Positions 1-8,196 of a stretch of 55,258 nucleotides of DNA are shown piece by piece. The notes under the pieces are model-generated. The model saw only the letters and a program-made list of their open reading frames with translations. It ran no database searches and was not told where the DNA came from. Source of the DNA: Nitrospirota bacterium (GTDB lineage Bacteria > Nitrospirota > Thermodesulfovibrionia > Thermodesulfovibrionales > JdFR-85); contig QIJG01000050.1 in the NCBI GenBank assembly GCA_003232715.1, forward strand, positions 1 to 55,258, written 5' to 3'. Position numbers and translations under genes: made by a program. The stretch's first letter is position 1; the number at the start of each line of letters is the position of its first letter.

Positions 1-517
1 CTGAAATACCCTCGTCCTTGGGGCTCTTGATCCCGAGGGCCCTGCACCACATGTCAAGGCTGAACCTCCGCCTTGTAGCGCCGTAGAATGTTAACTGGTC
101 AAGGAGGTCTATATGCGGGCCGTTGTATCTGTTCGGCATCAACTCCCGTGTTGGTCTGAGTTTATGAATTGCAGAGCGTATCAGGATAAACGGGCAGTCA
201 AAGGTCCTGCCGTTAAAGGTTACAAACTGACTATAGCTCTTTATAACATCCCAGAATTTCTCCAGTATGTCTCTCTCGGTACCTGTCTCATACTGTATGC
301 CCTCCTCTTCAAAGGGGGCGATGTCTTTGCCGGGTGCCTGAAAGTAGAGGACGCCCTTCAGGGTATCCGGATTCATAAGACCTATTGTGACTATCTCACC
401 GGTAAGCGGATCATCCTCTTCTGTCTCAGCATACTTCAGGAGATATTCCTGCTGGGGCAGGTCCAGGGCATCAAAATCAGCACCTATGGTCTCTATATCA
501 AATATTATGCGCGACAT
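1..517 (-). CDS. 3'-5' exonuclease, RNase H-like / PolB-exonuclease-like (3' end cut by window edge)
   Basis: Absent from the ORF track because it runs off the left edge. Hand translation from an ATG at about 517 gives MSRIIFDIETIGADFDALDLPQQEYLLKYAE...FVTFNGRTFDCPFILIRS. FDIET fits the Exo I DxE motif of DnaQ-type exonucleases. The start abuts the ctp stop. Confidence 0.55.
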   Translation of the reverse strand, partial: MSRIIFDIETIGADFDALDLPQQEYLLKYAETEEDDPLTGEIVTIGLMNPDTLKGVLYFQAPGKDIAPFEEEGIQYETGTERDILEKFWDVIKSYSQFVTFNGRTFDCPFILIRSAIHKLRPTRELMPNRYNGPHIDLLDQLTFYGATRRRFSLDMWCRALGIKSPKDEGIS

Positions 518-518
518 T

Positions 519-1838
519 TCACTTGTTGTCTATGGAACTTTCCCTGAATACCCTCCAGCCCTTCAGTAGATCTATTGCCCGCTGGAGCTGAACATCATTT
601 TTCTCATCCACCTGCAGGGGAGCCACCTCTGTCTCCTTCACTGTTTTCTTCGTCTCCTTCTCCTCGGGTCTCTGTTCATTTTTGAGGTGATGCTCCAGGT
701 CCTTCTCCCTGATTACCGGATATGCCTCGCCGTCCTGGGGCTTGACCTTGACTACAATATCAGGCTCAATACCTTCGTTCTGTATGGATATACCTTTAGG
801 GGTATAGTACTTTGCAGTAGTAAGCCTGAGGCCCGAACCGCCACTGAGCGGAATAACGCTCTGGACGGAACCCTTTCCGAAAGTCCTTACGCCAAGCAAC
901 ACAGCCCTCTTCCAGTCTTTCAGCGCTCCCGCCACTATCTCCGAGGCCGAGGCACTTCCGTGATTCACCATCACTATCATCGGCAAGTCATAATGTGGGT
1001 GGTTTCCCGTAGTCATATACTCCGTCTTTTTTACTGAACGTCCTTTTATATACACAACAAGCTTTTTCGGTGGAAGGAACTGTTCGGTAACATCCACGGC
1101 ACTCTTTAACAGACCACCGGGATTGTTCCTGAGGTCAAGCACCAGGGAGTCTATCTTTTTATCACTCAGGTTCTTAAGGGCATTTGCAAGATCAGATGCT
1201 GTCCTTTCCTGAAACTGATTGATCTTTATGTACCCTATGCCGTCATCCACCACCTTGTATTTAACGCTCTTTATCTTGATTACAGCCCTTGTTATGGTAA
1301 AATCCTTTGGCTCCTTCCACCCTTCCCTGACTATGGTTATGGTCACCGTGGTCCCACTGGGCCCCCGCATCTTTTTAACGGCTTCAAAAAGGGTCATGTC
1401 CCTGGTTGACTCACCCTCCACCTTGATTATTTTGTCACCGGCCTTGATGCCGGCCTTCCATGCCGGGGTATCCTCAATTGGGGCTATAACCGTAAGCATC
1501 CCCTTTTTCACACCTATCTGTATACCAAGGCCTCCAAACTCTCCCCGGGTGTCTATCTGCATCTCTTTATACTCTTCCGGGGGCATAAAGCCCGAGTGGG
1601 GATCAAGTGTCCCCAACATTCCCTTGAGGGCGCCATAAATGAGATCCTGCGTATTCACCTTTTCAACATAGGAGTTCTTTATAATAGTGAGGGCCTCTGT
1701 AAAGAGTCTGAGATTCTGATACTCCTGGGAATCTGCAACCGCACTCTTCATGGGCATTTCGCTGATCAGAAAACCACCTATCACCAGAGAGACAATTACA
1801 ATCCATCCGAATATAGCCAATCTTCTACGTTTTTTCAT
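519..1838 (-). CDS. ctp: C-terminal processing (tail-specific) peptidase, S41 family with PDZ domain
   Basis: N-terminal TM/signal segment. PDZ-like GGLGIQIG...AGIKAGDKII. S41 catalytic context NHGSASASEIVAGALKD and TFGKGSVQ. Confidence 0.9.
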   Translation of the reverse strand: MKKRRRLAIFGWIVIVSLVIGGFLISEMPMKSAVADSQEYQNLRLFTEALTIIKNSYVEKVNTQDLIYGALKGMLGTLDPHSGFMPPEEYKEMQIDTRGEFGGLGIQIGVKKGMLTVIAPIEDTPAWKAGIKAGDKIIKVEGESTRDMTLFEAVKKMRGPSGTTVTITIVREGWKEPKDFTITRAVIKIKSVKYKVVDDGIGYIKINQFQERTASDLANALKNLSDKKIDSLVLDLRNNPGGLLKSAVDVTEQFLPPKKLVVYIKGRSVKKTEYMTTGNHPHYDLPMIVMVNHGSASASEIVAGALKDWKRAVLLGVRTFGKGSVQSVIPLSGGSGLRLTTAKYYTPKGISIQNEGIEPDIVVKVKPQDGEAYPVIREKDLEHHLKNEQRPEEKETKKTVKETEVAPLQVDEKNDVQLQRAIDLLKGWRVFRESSIDNK

Positions 1839-1866
1839 GTATCTATACCTCCGTTTAATCTTTTCT

Positions 1867-3057
1867 CTATTTTTGCCGTTGACGTTTTAACCACTGAAGC
1901 GGGTTCAGGGGTTTGCCTTTGTATCTGATCTCAAAATAAAGGCCGGGTGCATTCAATATACCTGATTCCCCGACCCTGCCGATTAAAGTACCTGTTTTTA
2001 TTATATCTCCTTTGTTTAAAAAAATCTCACTCAGGTTTGCATACACTGTGTAATACCCCTCGCCATGATTTAATATCACGACCTTGCCATACCCCTTGAA
2101 CCAGTCTGCAAACACAACTTTTCCTGAATATACGGCCTCAACAGCCTCTCCCTCTTTTGACTTGATATGTATGCCGTTTCTGAAGACCGGGGTTTTAAAT
2201 TTCGGGTCACGATAACTGCCGTAGGGAAGGGCAAGCACTCCCTTAACAGGCCAGGGAAGGTGCCTCCTGGTGAGGGAAAAGCCTTTCTGGAAATACTTTG
2301 TTTTTTCTGATTCATTAATCAACTTGCGCAACTTCCTTGATGACTCCTTAAGTTCCGAGAGCATTCGCTTGTAAAGGTTCCTCTTCTTCCGGACAGAGGC
2401 CAGAAGCCGCCTTTTCAGTTTCTGCTTGTTTCTCAGGACGGCCTTTTTTTTCTCAAGTTGATTTTTCTGGCCTTTGAGGTTCTTCATAAGTGCTGACAGG
2501 TGGTCCTGCCTCTGTTTCAGGCCATGAATGTTTTTCGAATAATCTTTGAGAAGGGCATATTCATACTCTGCCATACGCTTCAGATAGTGCCACTTTCTTA
2601 CCGCCTGAGGGATGTCCCTGGCTGTCATTAATAGCAGAAGTGGATCGGTCTTCAATTCAGGTGATCCCGGGGTAGTCCCAAAAGAGGAGACTCCGTACTT
2701 CTGCATCCCTACAACCTTCCTCCTGAGCCAGGTTTTCTGCCTGTCAAGCTTTTTGGAGATCTTTTTTATCTCAGTTCTTACTATCGAGATCCTTTTTTCG
2801 TTTCGGAGCATCTTCCTTCTCTGAACCCTGAGTTCCCTCTTTATACGGTCCAGTGCCCTGTTGGTTGATTCAATCTCATCGAGTATGGAAACTTCCTTCT
2901 TTTTTACCTTCTCAAGCGCCTTTTTCTTCTTCTTTATCTCCTTCTGTATATTCTCATAGCGGGTTTTAGGGTTTCTTGCCGCCTGGACATTTGTCAGGCA
3001 AAAACCCAGGAAGATAATACAGATAAGAAATATAGAGGTTTTTTTTAAGCATAACAT
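1867..3057 (-). CDS. envC: EnvC-like murein hydrolase activator (coiled coil + degenerate M23/LytM domain)
   Basis: Signal peptide and a long Lys/Glu-rich coiled coil. The C-terminal LytM fold (GIHIKSKEGEAV...GYGKVVILNHGEGYYTVYANL...GLYFEIRYKG) reads LYFE where active M23 enzymes have HLHFE. It sits directly downstream of ftsEX. Confidence 0.85.
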   Translation of the reverse strand: MLCLKKTSIFLICIIFLGFCLTNVQAARNPKTRYENIQKEIKKKKKALEKVKKKEVSILDEIESTNRALDRIKRELRVQRRKMLRNEKRISIVRTEIKKISKKLDRQKTWLRRKVVGMQKYGVSSFGTTPGSPELKTDPLLLLMTARDIPQAVRKWHYLKRMAEYEYALLKDYSKNIHGLKQRQDHLSALMKNLKGQKNQLEKKKAVLRNKQKLKRRLLASVRKKRNLYKRMLSELKESSRKLRKLINESEKTKYFQKGFSLTRRHLPWPVKGVLALPYGSYRDPKFKTPVFRNGIHIKSKEGEAVEAVYSGKVVFADWFKGYGKVVILNHGEGYYTVYANLSEIFLNKGDIIKTGTLIGRVGESGILNAPGLYFEIRYKGKPLNPLQWLKRQRQK

Positions 3058-3079
3058 AGCGGTCTCAAAGTCATGGGGC

Positions 3080-3949
3080 TCAGAACTTCAGCCTTCCTAA
3101 AGCAATTGTTGATCCAATAATACCCAGAATTGCTCCTCCTGCCGGGAGTGCTGCAACGAGTCCGAGAGGCATGTGCATTACACCGAGTATGGGGAAATCA
3201 GAGATGACCGTTCCATTGATAAACCTGTAAAGGACATAGGTGCCCGCTCCCCCAAGGAGGCCACCGAGAAATCCAAGGGTTCCTCCTTCAATCAGAAAAG
3301 GCAAACGTATAAAACCCTTTGTGGCCCCAAGCAGTTTGAATATCTCTATCTCCTCCTTACGCCTGTAAAAGAGGATCTTCACAGTACTGTAACAGACAAA
3401 GATAATTGCCATGGAAAAGAGCAGGATTACCCCTGCACTTATAGTCTTGACAGCATTGCGGATTGTATAGATTGTACCAAGAAGGTTCTCACCATACACA
3501 ACGTCGTCAACATCCCTGAGACTTTTAAGTCTATTAATCAGACCCTCCACCTTCTTTTTGTCAAAGCCATTCTCCTTAAGCCTGATCTCTATGGAAGGCA
3601 GCAGGGGGTTTTCATCCAGACCCTCAAGTATATAGGCTGCATCCTTTAACGATGTCCTGAGTTCAACAAGAGCGGCCTCTTTCGATATATACTTAATCCT
3701 CTTAACTATAGGGTCTTCTCTCAGCCGTACCCTGAGCTGATTAATTTCACGATTCCCTGTCCCGGCAGAGAGGAAGACCGTAACAGAAAACCGTTCAGGT
3801 AGCCTGCTTGTAATGCCTTCGATGTTATAGAGGGAGAAGAATATCAGTCCAAGAACAAAAAGACCTACCCCTATAGTCACAACCGTTAACATATGGATCC
3901 ATTTTTCAAACCAGAGACTCTTTAAGGCAAGCTTTATCGAATAAATCAT
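3080..3949 (-). CDS. ftsX: Cell division permease-like protein FtsX
   Basis: 289 aa with an N-terminal TM, a periplasmic domain and three C-terminal TMs. Its start abuts the ftsE stop. Confidence 0.85.
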   Translation of the reverse strand: MIYSIKLALKSLWFEKWIHMLTVVTIGVGLFVLGLIFFSLYNIEGITSRLPERFSVTVFLSAGTGNREINQLRVRLREDPIVKRIKYISKEAALVELRTSLKDAAYILEGLDENPLLPSIEIRLKENGFDKKKVEGLINRLKSLRDVDDVVYGENLLGTIYTIRNAVKTISAGVILLFSMAIIFVCYSTVKILFYRRKEEIEIFKLLGATKGFIRLPFLIEGGTLGFLGGLLGGAGTYVLYRFINGTVISDFPILGVMHMPLGLVAALPAGGAILGIIGSTIALGRLKF

Positions 3950-4612
3950 TTACCCTTCCTTATCCGCCACAAGGTTGCCGTTGTCAAACCAGAGGACCCT
4001 CAGTCCTGTATTCCTGAACAATTCCCTGTTATGGGTTGCGATCAGGATGGTTGTTCCTTTTGCATTGATCTCTTTAAATATCTTCATGATGCCGGCTGCA
4101 TTGTCAACATCAAGGTTCCCCGTAGGCTCATCGGCAAGAAGGACTGTCGGCTCTCCGACAATAGCCCTCGCTATGGTGATCCTCTGCTGTTCGCCTCCTG
4201 AGAGGGCGGCAGGAAAATTATCGTTCTTATGCCTCAACCCCACCAGTTTCAACGCATCCTGCACCCTTCCCTTTATCTCCGTCTCTCCAAAGCCCCTGAT
4301 TCTCAGCGCAAGGGCAATATTATCATAGACTGTGCGGTTTACGAGGAGCTTGAAGTCCTGAAACACCACCCCGATGTTTCTCCTGAGATAGGGGATAGCG
4401 GATTCTCTGAGGGTATCTGTTTCCCACCCGGCAATACTTATGGTACCCTCATCAGGCTTTTCGGCAAGATAGATCAGTTTCAGCAATGTTGATTTGCCGG
4501 CACCGCTTGGCCCTGTTATATAGACAAACTCACCCTTCCCGATGCCGAAATTGACTTTTCTGAGGGCAGTCATATTGTCATAAATCCTGGTAACATCCTT
4601 AAAGCCAATCAT
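3950..4612 (-). CDS. ftsE: Cell division ATP-binding protein FtsE
   Basis: Walker A GPSGAGKST, ABC signature LSGGEQQR, Walker B LLADEPTGNLD. The ORF-track start at 4633 is TTG. I prefer the ATG at 4612 (MIGFKDVTRIY), which has AAGGAG upstream. Confidence 0.9.
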   Translation of the reverse strand: MIGFKDVTRIYDNMTALRKVNFGIGKGEFVYITGPSGAGKSTLLKLIYLAEKPDEGTISIAGWETDTLRESAIPYLRRNIGVVFQDFKLLVNRTVYDNIALALRIRGFGETEIKGRVQDALKLVGLRHKNDNFPAALSGGEQQRITIARAIVGEPTVLLADEPTGNLDVDNAAGIMKIFKEINAKGTTILIATHNRELFRNTGLRVLWFDNGNLVADKEG

Positions 4613-4764
4613 ATTTGATCTACACTCCTTCAATCAGGGGACACAGATTCTGAAACAACCACAGAGGCATTAACACACAGAAGCCTTATAGAGCCGTTTT
4701 TGTCCTTTGCTATTATAAAGGATTAACGTTTCTTTTGCAATTATCCATTCTATAACGAATTGAT

Positions 4765-4956
4765 CCTACAGGCAGCAATTCACGGTGAAAATCAGTGCAG
4801 GATTGCTTCGTCGCTGACGATCCTCGCAATGACATTGCGAAGACCTTTTCTGTCACTGCGAGTCTTTTCTGTCACTGCGAGTCTTTTCTGTCATTGCGAG
4901 TGAAATGAAGCAATCTCAAAGCGTTACAAGTTCGCCGTGAATTGCTGTCCTGTAGG
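4765..4956. repeat. Nested palindromic REP/MITE-like intergenic element with internal 19-nt tandem repeats
   Basis: Outer inverted repeat 4765-4789 (cctacaggcagcaattcacggtgaa) pairs with 4931-4956 (ttcgccgtgaattgctgtcctgtagg). Inner inverted units are 4801-4833 (gattgcttcg...ctcgcaatgac) and 4890-4915 (gtcattgcgag...gaagcaatc). The centre carries gtcactgcgagtcttttct repeated with a 19-nt period (4852, 4871, 4890). Confidence 0.7.
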
Positions 4957-4965
4957 GGGGTGGTA

Positions 4966-5781
4966 TCATACTGTAAAGAGTTCCTGCATTGCGGCGGTTT
5001 CTTCTACGGCCTTTTCCCTGACTTTTTTAATCTTGCCTTCATCAAGTGAAAGCTCCAGGAGAATGGCATCGTGTTCTTCGGTCCAGATGCCGTCATCTTC
5101 GATTTTAGGAAAGAAACTCCTTGATAGTGCCTCTGCAAGAGAGATGACGGATGAGGTCTCCCTGTAACGAGTACACATTGAGGGCTTGTGGTGATATCTG
5201 ACCGAGCATACAATCTCCTCAGGCAACCTGGCATTTTCAAGAAAGTTTCCTCCTGCTGCCGGATGGTCAATCCCGAAGACCTCTTTTTCCTTCAGGAAGA
5301 TTTTATCTGAGGATAACATTAATAGATATTTTTCTTTGTGCAGAGTTATAAAAATAACCCTTCCGATATCGTGGAGTAGTCCCGAGACAAAACAGATTCC
5401 CCTTTCAATATTGCATACATGGTCGGAAATATTTGCAGCTATTATTCCGACCTCGTAAGAGTGTTGCCAAAGTTTTCCAAGCCTTTCACGTTCGTTTCTG
5501 CCCAAAAACCTGAAGACAGACGTTCCGAGACAGATTCCTTTTACAAGATCATATCCAAGGAACATAATCGCCTGTTCAAGTGTATTGACCTTGCCGGTAT
5601 GACCGAAATAGGGAGAATTTGCCACCCTGAGGATTTTTTCCGTCAGGCTCTGGTCATGCTTTATGACATTTGCAATATCAACAAAGGTGGATTTCTCATC
5701 CTGAAGTACCTCAAAAAGACTCCTGAGGATTAAGGGAAGGGTCGGCAGGTCTGTTAGACTGGCAATATTCACACTTGTCAT
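4966..5781 (-). CDS. HDOD domain signalling protein
   Basis: LPTLPLILRSLFEVLQDEKSTFVDIANVIKHDQSLTEKILRVANSPYFG plus HD-like LLHDIGR. ATGA overlap with the cheW stop. Confidence 0.8.
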   Translation of the reverse strand: MTSVNIASLTDLPTLPLILRSLFEVLQDEKSTFVDIANVIKHDQSLTEKILRVANSPYFGHTGKVNTLEQAIMFLGYDLVKGICLGTSVFRFLGRNERERLGKLWQHSYEVGIIAANISDHVCNIERGICFVSGLLHDIGRVIFITLHKEKYLLMLSSDKIFLKEKEVFGIDHPAAGGNFLENARLPEEIVCSVRYHHKPSMCTRYRETSSVISLAEALSRSFFPKIEDDGIWTEEHDAILLELSLDEGKIKKVREKAVEETAAMQELFTV

Positions 5782-6257
5782 TTTAAGTTGTCGGGTTCTT
5801 CTCCCGTGAATAGTTTGTCAAGATCGAGTAGTATGATAAGTCTGTCATTAATCTTTCCGATTCCTTTTATGTATTTTGAATGTACACCTGTTGTCATTGC
5901 AGGAGCCGGTTCAAGCGTTTCCGCTGATATCCTCATAACTTCCGATACCGCATCAACTATGAGTCCGACCATTGTCTCCATTATATCAACAACCATTATT
6001 CTTGTATGCCGATCAAAGTCTTTTTCTGAAAGGCCAAACTTTTTTCTGAGGTTTACCGCAGGGATTATTTTTCCCCTCAGGTTCAGGACACCCTCAATAT
6101 AGGGTGGAGAGTTTGGTACTTTCGTGATTTCAGTCATACGGTTGATTTCCTGAACAGTGGATATTTCAACGGCATATTCTTCTTCTCCAAGCCGGAACGT
6201 GGCAAGTTGTAGAATATCGTCTTTTATTTCCCTGGAGTCTTCCTGTAGTGTATTCAT
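5778..6257 (-). CDS. cheW: Chemotaxis coupling protein CheW
   Basis: 159 aa. LATFRLGEEEYAVEISTVQEI...VLNLRGKIIPAVNLRKKFG is a typical CheW-like fold. Confidence 0.9.
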   Translation of the reverse strand: MNTLQEDSREIKDDILQLATFRLGEEEYAVEISTVQEINRMTEITKVPNSPPYIEGVLNLRGKIIPAVNLRKKFGLSEKDFDRHTRIMVVDIMETMVGLIVDAVSEVMRISAETLEPAPAMTTGVHSKYIKGIGKINDRLIILLDLDKLFTGEEPDNLK

Positions 6258-6330
6258 TCCTGGCCTCCATAATCTTTAATTATTGAACCGGGTTGAGACT
6301 ATTTTATTTGAATTCATAGTTTTAATACTC

Positions 6331-6357
6331 TTATCGTCTAACTGCAGAAAAACTTTA
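6331..6357 (-). promoter_or_regulatory. Sigma-28 (FliA)-type promoter upstream of cheW
   Basis: The minus strand reads TAAAGTTT-N11-GACGATAA against the consensus TAAAGTTT-N11-GCCGATAA. It lies about 75-100 nt upstream of the cheW ATG, and fliA is encoded in the window. Confidence 0.55.
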
Positions 6358-6492
6358 GATCGGTCCCCAATCTCTTTCATCGCCGGATTTGAGTTACAGT
6401 AAAGCATGGTAATATGAAAGGGTAGCGGTGCAGGTGGGTAATATTCTCCAATGTCTTTAATTTTTTGGAAGAATCAAGAAGAAGCTACGATT

Positions 6493-6942
6493 TTACCTCT
6501 CTTCTATAGATAGTTTTTTAATTATCTGTCTTGATATGGACGGTGAGAAATAGAGCCCACCCTTTAAGATAGCAACAATGGCTTCTCTCAGTTCCGAAAA
6601 AGGGGACGGTTTCATAATAACACCGGATGCCCCCCTCCTTATGGCCTCGGCTATTCTGTTAACGTCCATAATCCCTGTAAGAATGATTATCTTGGAGCTG
6701 GGAACCAAAGGTCTGAGTTCCTTGATAACGTCTGATCCATGCATTAAAGGCAGATTCATGTCAAGGATGATGACATGCGGGGACTTTTCCTTTATTACCT
6801 TTATTGCATCTACACCGTTTTCCGCCTCACCGATAACACTGTAACCTTCAACTGAGTTGAAAAGGGCTTTAAGTCCATCCCTGACAATGGCATGGTCCTC
6901 TATAATAAAGACTTTAATCATATATGATATTATATCACACAT
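6493..6942 (-). CDS. Stand-alone response-regulator receiver (NarL/FixJ-like receiver with no HTH output)
   Basis: IKVFIIEDHAIVRDGL...HVIILDMNLP...IIILTG...GVIMKP are receiver signatures. The protein ends about 25 aa after the receiver with no DNA-binding domain. I chose the start at 6942 (GGAGG 9 nt upstream); the ORF-track maximum is 7011. Confidence 0.8.
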   Translation of the reverse strand: MCDIISYMIKVFIIEDHAIVRDGLKALFNSVEGYSVIGEAENGVDAIKVIKEKSPHVIILDMNLPLMHGSDVIKELRPLVPSSKIIILTGIMDVNRIAEAIRRGASGVIMKPSPFSELREAIVAILKGGLYFSPSISRQIIKKLSIEER

Positions 6943-7054
6943 CTGTACATACCTCCAGTTCCGGTTTTGGGGCGAATTGATTGAAGCAGGCCGATTTCGG
7001 GATAAGGCCATTCATAAGCCTGGATATTTAGTGCCAAACTTGCCTTTTTTTATT

Positions 7055-7082
7055 TTATCGGCCATATTTAGTGGAAACTTTA
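7055..7082 (-). promoter_or_regulatory. Sigma-28 (FliA)-type promoter upstream of the orphan receiver gene
   Basis: The minus strand reads TAAAGTTT-N12-GCCGATAA. Both consensus elements are perfect and the spacer is 1 nt longer than canonical. Confidence 0.6.
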
Positions 7083-7149
7083 GAATGCAGGGAGGGGCTG
7101 GCTCATCAGGAGGGGATGAGCCAGCCGGGAGGAGGAGAAATGGGAGGAG

Positions 7150-8196
7150 TTATACAGAGTTTACAATCTCTCCGGCAATCTCTTCTACCGGAATAACCTT
7201 GTCGGCAATTCCAGCTTCTACCACAACCTTTGGCATTCCATAAACAACACACGTTTCTTTATCCTGGGCAAGTGTCTTTCCATTATTTTTTTTGATCATT
7301 TCCATGCCCTTTAGCCCGTCATTTCCCATGCCTGTCAGAATGACACCGAGAGTTCTGCCAGGGAATGCTTCTGTTGCAGAGAGCATCAATATGTCAACGG
7401 AGGGCTTATAAATATGCTTTCCCTCATTTCCATCAACTATATCAGCAACTACTTCAAAGGTCCTTTTTCTGATGATCCTCAGGTGCTTTCCTCCGGGGGC
7501 TACCAGCACAACCCCGGGTTGTAAAGGCTCACCATGCTCTGCTTCTTTAACAGTGACCTTACATATGGAATTTAACCGTTCAGCAAAAGGGCCTGTGAAA
7601 CTTGGCGGCATATGCTGTGCTATTACAATACATACAGGGAAGTCTTCAGGCATATCAGGGAGTATTTCCTGGAGTGCCCTGGGTCCACCGGTAGAGCTGC
7701 CGATAGCCACTACTGCAATCTTTCTCTGACCCTCAAATGTCCTTTTAGGTATAACTATTTTTTGCCGTCCCTGCCTTTTCCTGACGAGCCCTTTTTTACC
7801 TATAGCTTTCAGTTTTTCCAGGAGTTGTTTGCGTATGTCCAGGATATTTACCGAGAGGTCGGCAAGATTTTTTGGAATAAAGTCTACTGCTCCTGCATCA
7901 AGAGCTTCAAGTGTGATTTCGGCACCATCTGAAGTAAGGGAACTCACCATCAGAACCGGGACAGGGTTTATATCCATAATGATTCTGAGTGCCTCAAGTC
8001 CATTCATTCTTGGCATCTCTACATCGAGGGTAACAATGTCCGGTTTGAGACTGTTAACTTTATCAATAGCCTCAACGCCATCTCTTGCAGTAGCTATGAC
8101 CTGCAGTTCAGGGTCTGATGATATCATTTTTGAGAGTGCGTTGCGCATAAACGCCGAATCGTCAACTATGAGGACTTTTATTTTTTTGTCATGCAT
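7150..8196 (-). CDS. cheB: Chemotaxis methylesterase/response regulator CheB
   Basis: Receiver (KVLIVDDSAFMR...IVTLDVEMPRMNG) plus esterase (IGSSTGGPRAL, IAQHMPP, GMGNDG). The ATG at 8196 overlaps the cheA stop (ATGCATGA); the ORF-track start at 8217 is TTG. Confidence 0.9.
   Translation of the reverse strand: MHDKKIKVLIVDDSAFMRNALSKMISSDPELQVIATARDGVEAIDKVNSLKPDIVTLDVEMPRMNGLEALRIIMDINPVPVLMVSSLTSDGAEITLEALDAGAVDFIPKNLADLSVNILDIRKQLLEKLKAIGKKGLVRKRQGRQKIVIPKRTFEGQRKIAVVAIGSSTGGPRALQEILPDMPEDFPVCIVIAQHMPPSFTGPFAERLNSICKVTVKEAEHGEPLQPGVVLVAPGGKHLRIIRKRTFEVVADIVDGNEGKHIYKPSVDILMLSATEAFPGRTLGVILTGMGNDGLKGMEMIKKNNGKTLAQDKETCVVYGMPKVVVEAGIADKVIPVEEIAGEIVNSV

Noticed and set aside
113-547. 144-aa plus-strand ORF at the left edge
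   Set aside because: It is antisense to a much more convincing minus-strand exonuclease-like reading frame (FDIET motif). The sequence is low-complexity and Cys/Leu-rich with no motif.
4852-4900. 19-nt tandem repeats as a possible mini-CRISPR array
   Set aside because: The repeats are directly abutting with no spacers, there are fewer than three full units, and they sit inside a larger palindrome. No cas genes are present.
7031-7036. Perfect TGGCAC (-24-like) on the minus strand upstream of the orphan receiver gene
   Set aside because: The sequence at the -12 position is ATCC, not TTGC, and a near-perfect sigma-28 promoter lies 20 nt away and explains the region better.
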